Virus record (IMG/VR): IMGVR_UViG_3300043540_000091
Coordinates: 32,001 to 96,000 of that record
DNA from: a virus
Direction: 5' to 3' (one strand)
Length of the DNA stretch: 64,000 bases
The notes beneath the pieces are model-generated. The model was not told the origin of the DNA. It searched no databases and saw nothing but the letters and a program-made list of their open reading frames with translations. Below are positions 36,301-43,887 of this stretch, piece after piece (the first letter of the stretch is position 1; each line of letters opens with the position of its first letter). The position numbers and the translations under genes are program-made.

Positions 36301-39300
36301 TGTGACAGGGAGCTGATGAACTTGACCGTATCTTCGTTATGCTTGCGCGTCTTGCCCTCAGCTCGCTCTTGAGCAAGCTTTGCCTCGAAGGTCTTGGCCA
36401 TCTCGACGACGGTCTTTGGCTCTGTAGAGTTGCTGAACTGAGTGGAGATGCCAGCGATCTCGGAAGATGACAGTTTGCCAGGAGACTTCACTGCACGAGC
36501 GATGAACTCCATGCCCTTGTCTGAGAGATTACCTTCCTGAGCCATCGTGACAAGGGTATTGAAGTCCTTGGAATCCATAACCTGACGCTCGAACGCGCTC
36601 TTGGTCTTCTCTCCTACCAGGTCCTTGCGGCTGAGAGCGTTGATCGCTCTGTACATAGACTCATTCTTGACCTGATCTGACGGGTAACTTCTCGAGGACA
36701 GATGATCTAGGACGTCCTTCGAGATCCTGTCCATGTCCTTGTCGGTAAGCTCTTTCACGTTTGACGGACTCGTGAATGCATTTCTGATGATGTTCGACAG
36801 GTCGTCGGGAGACTTATCGATAGACAAGTCCATCAGCTTGCGCAAGCGACTAGAATACTCGCTGAACGCGTTGTCTGACATGGAAGTAGAACGACCGCCA
36901 GTGTGGGCTTCTGGGTTTAGCAGGTACTGGTTGAGACTTCGAGAGATGTCGCTCACGTCATCAGGACTAAGGTCCGGCTTCGACAACCATCCGTCGAGGG
37001 CGGTTCTCTTGACGGCGTTGTTGGGTATGGCCAACACGTCTGCCAAGCTTCCAGTCTGAGCTATCTCTGATACCTTCTCGGGAGAGATCAGGTCCTTCTG
37101 CAGCGCGAGCTTGCGCAGCTGCGCTCCGGACTCACCAGGCATGTCAGCCAAGAAGTCCATGTTGACGCCGCCGGTGTGTTTCAAGGTCTGGAAGGCATCG
37201 CTTCCTATGCCGTAGTAGTTCTTGGTATTGTTCAGTAACTTGGCCCAGTTCCCAGCTACCTGATTGTCATCGTCGTTGGGTATGGTCGCCATACGATTGG
37301 CGATCTCATTCATTATACCCTGCGCTCGTTCCTTGCTGGCTTGGCCATTGTGAAGACTTTGACTCTGGCTTCTTACTCTCTGGCCGAACATCTTTGACGC
37401 GAGATCGTTTCTTCCAGTGGCGAGGGCGTGATCTATCATACCCTCGCGAGTTAGGATACTCTTGGAGACCGAATTCATGATATCTTCATCTGACAAGTGT
37501 CCCTGCATCTCTGCCGGAGTTCCGATCAGTTGCTTGGCAAGATTCAGATGAGATACGTCCAAAGAGTTCAGACGATGAACGGCGGCGTTCTGAGCCCGTG
37601 ACTCTCCCTCGTGATTGAATCCACCAAGGACAGCGTTGCCGAAGAGATCCGGTCGATGTTCTGATACGTTCTTGATGTTCTCAGCAAGAACCTCGTCGCG
37701 ATGTTCTGCAGGCAGCATCTTGAGTGCGCGGTCCCATATCTCGGCAGGTGCCTTCGTGTGAATGATGGACTTCGCGGCTTCTTGAGAGCCCGAGTTCAGG
37801 ATCTCTGAGTACCGTGCCTTCTGGTCTGCTTCAGGAAGTTGGTCGTAACGCTTCAGCTCATCGCCCTCCCCGATGGCATCCATCAGGTCCTTGTTCTTGG
37901 CGATATCATGGAAGGTATCGAGAGACAGGTTCTTGGATCTGAAGATGGGCGCGATCACATGCGCAGGCTCAAGATCTTTCGGCCTTCCGTGTCTGTCATA
38001 GATCTTGGGAGGCTTTGCTGCGTATTCTTTGGCCTTAAGATATGCGCTATCTAGGAACGAAGGATCGGCTTTCTTGAGATCGATGTGACTGGACAGATTC
38101 TGCATCATGGCTGGGTTGGACAAGACAGCTTCTTGCGCATTCTTGTCGCCAGATTGGGCAAGCTCAGCTACCGCTCGAATCAACCGGCTGTCATCGTCAT
38201 TGTGTTGCTCATGAAGAACATTGTACGGAGAAGCGTAGAACTCCTTGTTCTTGCCGATCTTCTTCTTGAAGGCCGTTGAGATGTCCTTGGCATGCTTTTC
38301 ACGTATCTCTGGAGACACACGCGAGTCCATTGCCATACTGAGCTTGCTGTGAAGTACTGTTTCTGGACGTTCCTTAGTCTTCTTGGCGATGTCTTCGAGA
38401 TCAGCGCCAGCATACTTCTGGTGCGCGGCCTTGAAGATCTCGTCCTGCTGTTCCTTCGGCATCTTGTCGAAGTGACTCTTGAAGTCATCGTCGTGATATA
38501 CTTCAGAGATCGACGTCTTGCCAGAAGAGAGCCTTTCTCGGACCTGCTGATCGGCAACTAGAGGATGCAGGCGAGCCGCGTCCTGGACAGTACGAGCCTT
38601 GCGTTTAAGAGCTTCCTGCACGACCGACATGTCTGCCTTGTCATGATTAAGCGCTTGCACGGCCACGTCTTGGTTCTTATGATTTACAATCTCCTTGAGC
38701 ACGTCCGGCGGTACCTGCTTGGCGGACAAGATGTTTCTTGCCGCGTCGGTACTCTTGTCGGAACCGTTCCATGACGCGCGAACATCAGACTCATCGGCAA
38801 GCTCATGGTGAATGGCATCTTGAGAACCCTTCTGGATGAGTGCCTTTACCTGTTCCTTGGTTATCGACGGGTTCCTTAGAAGATTCGAGATCTTTGACTT
38901 GTTATCATAGTCGTTCGGCTTTTTTACACGACGAATGAACGCGTCGATTGATTCCTTAGGAAGGTTCGGATGCTGAAGAGCTTCGCGTCTAGCGTCCTTG
39001 TTGGTAGCATACTTAGCAAGCAGAGCCGGATCGACGTTGTTGTGCTCGAGGATATCTCCGATCGCGTCGTGGCGGGAGTAGTCATGTTCCTTGGGAGTGG
39101 ATTCAAGCAACTGGTGGATCTTGTTGAGGTGTGCGCGTGACAGGTCCTCTCGCGCCCGTACCAGCCTACCAAGATGCGATGCGTTATCCGGAGTCGGTGA
39201 GTACTCGTCGACTCCATGGTACTTATTGGCATGGATCGAGTCAATGGTCCTGTCGAGAGTCTCCGGCGTGTGGCGCTTCGAGTTTATGAGGCCCTCGAGT

Positions 39301-39842
39301 CCGTACTCCCCGATGCCTTCCTGAGCTTCGGGATTCTGAGATCCTTCCTTCCAGTGCTGCATGTAATAGTCTGGAGGCAGCTGTTCGTAGGTGTGCGGGA
39401 TAGCTCCGGCCTTGAACGCCTTGTCAGACATGGTACGAAGCTCATCTTCGTTCATGATTCCAGAGTTCGCAAGATCTTCATGAGAAGAAGAGTTCGGATG
39501 GTCGGGATGGAAGGTCCGTGATAGATAGTCCTTCTTGATGTGAAGCGGAGTGTTCGGATGCTTCATCAAGTTGTCTGCCCATTCATAGCTGTACGGCTCT
39601 GCCTCGCCCGACTCATCGAGCGTATGGCTGTCCATCATGTGGTTGTACAACTTCTCGATGCTGGCAGATGACAAGTTCGGATGCTGCGTAAGCTCATCCA
39701 TGAGAGGCTCGTTCTCGAACTTCTCAGCGTCGGGCAAGGAGATGTACTTCTCGACATGAGAATGCAGAGTGTCAGCTGGCGTATCAGGTGCCAGATGCGG
39801 AGTGTCGACTGTATCTTCTACTTCATCATCATGGTCCGACAT
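33330..39842 (-). CDS. giant (2170 aa) helical-repeat protein with C-terminal polyvalent-protein-type domain
   Basis: Recurrent L.[H/N]P[N/S].. LRV/HEAT-like repeats; C-terminal HLVSWSRVD...VVEEYQSDF. Confidence 0.75.
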   Translation of the reverse strand: MSDHDDEVEDTVDTPHLAPDTPADTLHSHVEKYISLPDAEKFENEPLMDELTQHPNLSSASIEKLYNHMMDSHTLDESGEAEPYSYEWADNLMKHPNTPLHIKKDYLSRTFHPDHPNSSSHEDLANSGIMNEDELRTMSDKAFKAGAIPHTYEQLPPDYYMQHWKEGSQNPEAQEGIGEYGLEGLINSKRHTPETLDRTIDSIHANKYHGVDEYSPTPDNASHLGRLVRAREDLSRAHLNKIHQLLESTPKEHDYSRHDAIGDILEHNNVDPALLAKYATNKDARREALQHPNLPKESIDAFIRRVKKPNDYDNKSKISNLLRNPSITKEQVKALIQKGSQDAIHHELADESDVRASWNGSDKSTDAARNILSAKQVPPDVLKEIVNHKNQDVAVQALNHDKADMSVVQEALKRKARTVQDAARLHPLVADQQVRERLSSGKTSISEVYHDDDFKSHFDKMPKEQQDEIFKAAHQKYAGADLEDIAKKTKERPETVLHSKLSMAMDSRVSPEIREKHAKDISTAFKKKIGKNKEFYASPYNVLHEQHNDDDSRLIRAVAELAQSGDKNAQEAVLSNPAMMQNLSSHIDLKKADPSFLDSAYLKAKEYAAKPPKIYDRHGRPKDLEPAHVIAPIFRSKNLSLDTFHDIAKNKDLMDAIGEGDELKRYDQLPEADQKARYSEILNSGSQEAAKSIIHTKAPAEIWDRALKMLPAEHRDEVLAENIKNVSEHRPDLFGNAVLGGFNHEGESRAQNAAVHRLNSLDVSHLNLAKQLIGTPAEMQGHLSDEDIMNSVSKSILTREGMIDHALATGRNDLASKMFGQRVRSQSQSLHNGQASKERAQGIMNEIANRMATIPNDDDNQVAGNWAKLLNNTKNYYGIGSDAFQTLKHTGGVNMDFLADMPGESGAQLRKLALQKDLISPEKVSEIAQTGSLADVLAIPNNAVKRTALDGWLSKPDLSPDDVSDISRSLNQYLLNPEAHTGGRSTSMSDNAFSEYSSRLRKLMDLSIDKSPDDLSNIIRNAFTSPSNVKELTDKDMDRISKDVLDHLSSRSYPSDQVKNESMYRAINALSRKDLVGEKTKSAFERQVMDSKDFNTLVTMAQEGNLSDKGMEFIARAVKSPGKLSSSEIAGISTQFSNSTEPKTVVEMAKTFEAKLAQERAEGKTRKHNEDTVKFISSLSHTFNASTTSSEEDKVKNDFVVNYTKKAALNPAVALHANSLLYKMAVAQSHTDEERSIDLLASLPNDRAAYNQFNPLNMSSIVNNPRFMEMAQSGVKLEMLAKNASKLTGNNASILVSRAMTTPLPEGNAQLMITLNKNKYVQMEDSVKLGRSLTDAEFRDVAESVYNALEGNLVDVAHSRLNSVQDLLKDPNLAAPGAPHLGMEHREAILNKLKIFSNVVANSTFTSDLSGVGGKLEKIDQMVDVIHESVQKIAASLRDETAKLGYGDSVRYNHQAIKGIAENIASANIKLGRNQAMKTFDMLKEFHSLDEAAGKKLTAPEETFGILTNIVSKAEQLEDQDWKSMFQSRPDAMFALSKRSSIPKEALASVDLRGIEDSKTGEGSMHQAFMVESSQWMNKMSSDDRAAYGKQLMDMYVRMHVDGKVQGDAYQNSMKTAIKSMARHMTRGDVQDIMVGTKDHSIAQSLFKEAVTNGAGGEETLKMYVRDHKKIMGTDLFAISKDSGSYEGSNIANRLEPVIRSPHINEEVSGRVCAMFVTNPEAMEAAMNKMLENPSVPQSSVDRIADQVSTNAQANHARFSESIGMGLSSQLLKHPNISEARLAKVMSQSEKEYGAYITHEAPFNPAFVNPTHGGKLFRAQPVVTPKDVPNVDGSLAVKTLNVKSGDYEKMREVMGFIPAEGMSWVEFKRKYPQQEKNLPKSVKDVFMAANNKPVMPERFVEAARQLDDNASKYHITFSDWKSPLQRHRGEDQKPNLVVQVNNSEEKERELSKDPKLWALYQHLLMDANGVDAAENSIGLHPTTPHLVSWSRVDTDQDKGSWVVEEYQSDFAQKFRSNLNALIESMPEGSHINGQHITADEMKQYSKTIARHLDDWADASMQAVIENAKAHGIKNLYMHGAELRGYLSNSDYNREFWDNKNTKAKMSGFRKIYEEGPRKYGFEECDYTDYPRYSSSLLGELNASKLSTKCWVLKLNAPDQRPKRKKKPNLR
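33337..33344 (-). promoter_or_regulatory. putative late promoter CCTAATCT
   Basis: Exact 8-mer in the last codons (PNL) of the giant gene, just before the next ATG. Confidence 0.55.
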
Positions 39843-40450
39843 TACTCATCTCCGTACTTCAGCCAGTACATCATCTTGCGAGTCCATTCCTTATCCTCGG
39901 CCTGATGAAGACGGGCATTCTCGATATCTTGGTCATACTTCTTGCTCGCCAGCTTCTGGTTACGCTCTCGCTCGGCCTGCTGCTTGTTGATCATGTCAAG
40001 AACACCTGAACTTAGACTGACGTTAACTGGTTTGGCCGGTGCTTGCTCTGCAAGAGGCGGCGTTGACACGATCGGGAGAGCTTCCTGGATGTCAGTCTTC
40101 CGTGCGACCTTGATGTCACCGCGCTTGATCGCTGCGAACAGCGCGTCCTTGGTCTCTTGATCGATCAGATCGCCGTTCAGCATGCAGGTATGGCCATCAG
40201 AGGTGATCTCAACCACGTCGCCATTGTCCATGACGTAGCGCAACAGGTTGACAGTTGCCTTCTTCGGCTGCTCGATGGTCAGGTGAGATGACTTCTGGAC
40301 GACCTGGATCATGCGCTGATAGCTATTCTGGAATAAGTCTGGGAGTTTGCCGTTGGTGTTATCGACGACGAAGTCCAGAACGCGACCATCCGTGCGGATC
40401 TCGGCCAACGGAACGTCAGAATAATCAGATTTTATGACAAAGATCTTCAT
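39842..40450 (-). CDS. hypothetical virion-region protein
   Basis: 202 aa, coupled to both neighbours. Confidence 0.7.
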   Translation of the reverse strand: MKIFVIKSDYSDVPLAEIRTDGRVLDFVVDNTNGKLPDLFQNSYQRMIQVVQKSSHLTIEQPKKATVNLLRYVMDNGDVVEITSDGHTCMLNGDLIDQETKDALFAAIKRGDIKVARKTDIQEALPIVSTPPLAEQAPAKPVNVSLSSGVLDMINKQQAERERNQKLASKKYDQDIENARLHQAEDKEWTRKMMYWLKYGDE

Positions 40451-42183
40451 ACTGCAGCCTTCTTCTTCTGTTCAGCATGCTCCGCATCGCGAGCTGCTCC
40501 AAAGGTTGGGCGGACTGCATTGTTCACGATGCTGCGCATGTGATCGATCGGCATGTCAGGCCTATCGGCGACCTTCTGGTACATCATGAGTCGGCCAACC
40601 GCGTGCTTTATGGTAATTGGATGATGCCCTTGATCCATCATCCTGCCAGCGAGTTTCTTCGGATCAATCCCCTTGATCCACTTGACTGCTTCCGGATGTA
40701 CCGGCTGACTGTCGCGCAGGTACCACGGCTTCATAGCTGGATCATAGTCGAACGAAGCGTCGTTGTCAATGTTTACCAGGTGTCCTTTAGGATGAATCAA
40801 CGTGTTACCGGAGTTCCGATCAGTGTCAGCGCCGAGGATACTGTCCATGATGGCCATTTTATGAACCGAACCGTCCTTGTTGGCGTTCTTCAAGACCGAG
40901 GCGATCTTCTCATCGGTCATGGTGTACGGAGTCTTAGCTCCGTCTATGATCTCCATGGCTTGATGATGCCGCTGAGATGCCTTATCGCCGTCTATTTCCT
41001 TAACTCCAGCAACAGGATGCTTGAAGTAGTTCGTGACAGGGACGTGCTTGCCCATGCCGAAGACGTCGTTGGCCAGCTCATAGTAGTGGGTTGAGTTTTC
41101 TGCGGCCTTGCTATGGTCAGGATGTTTTACCAGTACGTTCTGTCCGGCGTCGTTGCGATGCTTGGTGATGAGATTCGCGTAGTTCTCATGCCCTGGCGTA
41201 AAATCGGTGCCGCCGTGCTTACGCTTGGGATCAAAGTACAGCCCTTCCATCAGCTTCTTCTGTGCTTCTGACTGATTCTTGTTCGGACTGTGCGAAGCTC
41301 CGACGCGGATAAGCTTGATGGACGGCTTCGACTTCTTGAGCGCAAGCTCCTCGGCAAGATCCGTGAAGTGGTGGATGTAATCATCCGACACTTCCGGAAG
41401 AGCTGCCTTAAGAACTTCCTTCAACGGGCGCTTACGGTCCCAGTCGCGAACGATCGCCTTGACTCGGTTACGCTGGAATCCGGTGATATGTTCCTTGGTG
41501 AGCGCTGCGCCGCCGGTCAGCTGACCTGGCGCGACATTGCCCATACCGGCAGTGAGTGCCTTGTTCAGATCCTCGAGGGCCTTGTGCAGGTCCAGGACCG
41601 GATCATGAGGCATGAACGATTCATCCAGTACCGGCGATTCGAATTTCATAAGGTCTGCTATGTCCGAAGATATCTTCCGTATCGACTTTGCGACACTCTT
41701 CGTCTTAGGGTCATCATAAAGACCGGCAATGGCCATCTTGTTGCAGCTGCGGAGAGTGATGGCAACGCGACGGCCAACCGATTCCTTAAGAATATAGTCT
41801 TCACGTTCTAGAGTAGCTCCTTCTATGCTGAAGCCGACCAAAAGCCGCTCATCCTTTGCCGCGTAATAGCGGATCATAGCGGCGACGGCTACCGCACCTG
41901 GATGCTCTTGATCCTCAAACAACTCGCCTATGATATACACGAATGGTTTTTTCGAAAAGTCCCAGTAAGCTCTTTGTCGATCGTTCTCGCAATCTTTCTT
42001 TTCCATTATCTTCTTGGCATAGATAACAGCGCCGACGATATCTTCAGCTTTATTTGAATGCTCGAAGTTCAGAACGCCTTTACCATCTATAAGATCCGAG
42101 ATGTCGTGGTTCTCTACTATTAATAACTCACCGCTTGAGTCGATATGCTCGGATGTTGCTATGCCGTCTATCTTAAGATTCAC
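40447..42183 (-). CDS. prohead protease fused to C-terminal PI3/4-kinase / HipA-like domain
   Basis: IDGIATSEHIDSSGE...NFEH...GFSIEG...VAIT protease motifs; MDSILGADTDRNSGNTLI...NIDNDASF kinase motifs; GTG 42183 (GTGA overlap, GGGAG RBS) or ATG 42198. Confidence 0.85.
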   Translation of the reverse strand: MNLKIDGIATSEHIDSSGELLIVENHDISDLIDGKGVLNFEHSNKAEDIVGAVIYAKKIMEKKDCENDRQRAYWDFSKKPFVYIIGELFEDQEHPGAVAVAAMIRYYAAKDERLLVGFSIEGATLEREDYILKESVGRRVAITLRSCNKMAIAGLYDDPKTKSVAKSIRKISSDIADLMKFESPVLDESFMPHDPVLDLHKALEDLNKALTAGMGNVAPGQLTGGAALTKEHITGFQRNRVKAIVRDWDRKRPLKEVLKAALPEVSDDYIHHFTDLAEELALKKSKPSIKLIRVGASHSPNKNQSEAQKKLMEGLYFDPKRKHGGTDFTPGHENYANLITKHRNDAGQNVLVKHPDHSKAAENSTHYYELANDVFGMGKHVPVTNYFKHPVAGVKEIDGDKASQRHHQAMEIIDGAKTPYTMTDEKIASVLKNANKDGSVHKMAIMDSILGADTDRNSGNTLIHPKGHLVNIDNDASFDYDPAMKPWYLRDSQPVHPEAVKWIKGIDPKKLAGRMMDQGHHPITIKHAVGRLMMYQKVADRPDMPIDHMRSIVNNAVRPTFGAARDAEHAEQKKKAAV

Positions 42184-42968
42184 GACGCGTACTCCCACTT
42201 ATATCCCTTATATGAAGAGTACTTACCCGCAAGGCACCGATACACTGAACTCTTTATGAAACCAGCGGCTTCAGCGGCCTTGGCGGTGCTGAAGAAGAGC
42301 GCGGGGCCGCCTTCCAGACTGACAGCCTTAAGTTTGGACCCACGGGAGAACTTCGGAGATAAACGTGTTGATCTAGACTTAAGATGTAATAATTTAAGTC
42401 CTGTAGGAGTTCTCGTTAAGGAAGGCTGAGGATATTCTGTTTCCGGCGCAAACTTCCACCGACTACCTGCATGAGACCATTCCTTACCATTGCAGCACTT
42501 GGAGATCGATACCCGACAATATCCATCGGCCTGAGCCATCCCCATGTTTGGGTAACAGACTTCGATACCTGTCACGAGGTCCAGCCTGACTACTCGACGC
42601 GCGTTTGGTTGTCGGCATCTGAAGCCTGTGTTGGACTGCTTTATCTTGAGTTTAATGTCTTCAGACAAAGTCTTGTACTTTGATCCGCCTGATTCAAGGT
42701 TGTATCCATTCGGCACTATAGACTTATGCTGAGCGATATGGAACCTCTCTAGGTCATCAAGAGCTTCTGGAAATGGAGCTGACGCCAGAATTGCCACCTC
42801 AAAGTTATCCTTGCCATACTTCTGGATGGCCTTATGAAGCAAGAACTTCCTAGTCTGACTCGCGTAGCAGTGTTCGGCCCATCGGCGTTCAATACCTTGA
42901 GAAGTTTGGCCGACGTACTTCTTGCCGTTGACCTTGTTTGTTATTAGATAAACGATGCCGCAGTTCAT
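42180..42968 (-). CDS. GIY-YIG homing endonuclease with NUMOD1-like C-terminal repeats
   Basis: GIVYLITNKVNGKKYVGQT, RWAEH, NGYNL; two A...G....I..C..GK.....G.KW repeats. Confidence 0.92.
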   Translation of the reverse strand: MNCGIVYLITNKVNGKKYVGQTSQGIERRWAEHCYASQTRKFLLHKAIQKYGKDNFEVAILASAPFPEALDDLERFHIAQHKSIVPNGYNLESGGSKYKTLSEDIKLKIKQSNTGFRCRQPNARRVVRLDLVTGIEVCYPNMGMAQADGYCRVSISKCCNGKEWSHAGSRWKFAPETEYPQPSLTRTPTGLKLLHLKSRSTRLSPKFSRGSKLKAVSLEGGPALFFSTAKAAEAAGFIKSSVYRCLAGKYSSYKGYKWEYAS

Positions 42969-42975
42969 ATCTCAC

Positions 42976-42983
42976 AGATTAGG
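42976..42983 (-). promoter_or_regulatory. putative late promoter CCTAATCT, 7 nt before ATG (leaderless)
   Basis: Overlaps the MuF TAA stop; ATG at 42968. Confidence 0.65.
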
Positions 42984-43887
42984 GTTCGTGTTTGCAACCA
43001 AGGGTACAAGTGTTACCGCTACTCTTTGAGAGTACATGCTCCTTCTCGTGCTCGATGTTGATCTCTAAGTATTCGTCATAACTGATGAAATTTGGCATCG
43101 GCGTGTCGGCGGAGGTCGGCTCTTCAGACTTGCGAACGCTCCAGTAGTCCTCATAGTAGTCATAGCCGATCGCCTTGAAGACGATCGTGCCGGACTTATC
43201 GTACCCGAAGTTCGGAGGAACGAAGGCCATGATGTGTCGGCAGTGAGGATGAAGAGGCGACTGGTGCGGCGTCTTGCCGTCCCATTCCTTAGGTTTGAAG
43301 TACCCTTCTCGGACCTGCGACAACCGATATGGTTTGGGGACCTGCAGATTGGACCGGTCATGGTACATGGACTTGCAGTACTTGCAGATCTTATGGTCGG
43401 CGATGCCGAGAAACACGACGGTCGGATCTTTCACCTTGATGTCAGACGCCAACCTCGTGATACCCTCGCGAGAGGCGTAGGCTTGAACGATGTGAGCCTC
43501 GTTCGCCACTAACATGTCAACGTATTCTCCGGCCTTGTCGAAGTGATTTCTGATATACCGGATCGCTTCCGATGGAGTCTTTGCCTTGGCTACGTCGGCC
43601 AAGATATGATTCTTCACCTTCAGCTGCTGGGAGTCGAGGTAGTCGGACGTGATCTCGGCGAGATTCTTGATGTTCGAGACGTTTGGCTTTGCGTCGGGAC
43701 CGTATAGCATCTTCAAGGTGTACATGTAGATGCCTTCGATCGTGTGAAGAGGATCGGTCCGCTTCACGACCTCGAAGTAGATCTTCGGCCCTTTGAAGAG
43801 CTTGCCGAGAAGACCTGCCTTGGTACTCTCGAAGAGAGACTCGATGCGGCTGATGATTAAGCGGCGCTGGGCGTCGGTGAGCTTCAC
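42979..43887 (-). CDS. head morphogenesis protein (MuF / SPP1 gp7-like)
   Basis: Follows portal; DHKICKYC and PLHPHCRH motifs. Confidence 0.85.
   Translation of the reverse strand: MKLTDAQRRLIISRIESLFESTKAGLLGKLFKGPKIYFEVVKRTDPLHTIEGIYMYTLKMLYGPDAKPNVSNIKNLAEITSDYLDSQQLKVKNHILADVAKAKTPSEAIRYIRNHFDKAGEYVDMLVANEAHIVQAYASREGITRLASDIKVKDPTVVFLGIADHKICKYCKSMYHDRSNLQVPKPYRLSQVREGYFKPKEWDGKTPHQSPLHPHCRHIMAFVPPNFGYDKSGTIVFKAIGYDYYEDYWSVRKSEEPTSADTPMPNFISYDEYLEINIEHEKEHVLSKSSGNTCTLGCKHEP

Noticed and set aside
33330-39842. Giant ORF as tape measure protein or virion RNA polymerase
   Set aside because: Located in the head module; no tape-measure-type periodicity and no DxDGD polymerase motif seen.
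42180-42968. Group I intron around the GIY-YIG gene
   Set aside because: Flanking genes are different, intact genes with no non-coding space for an intron core.
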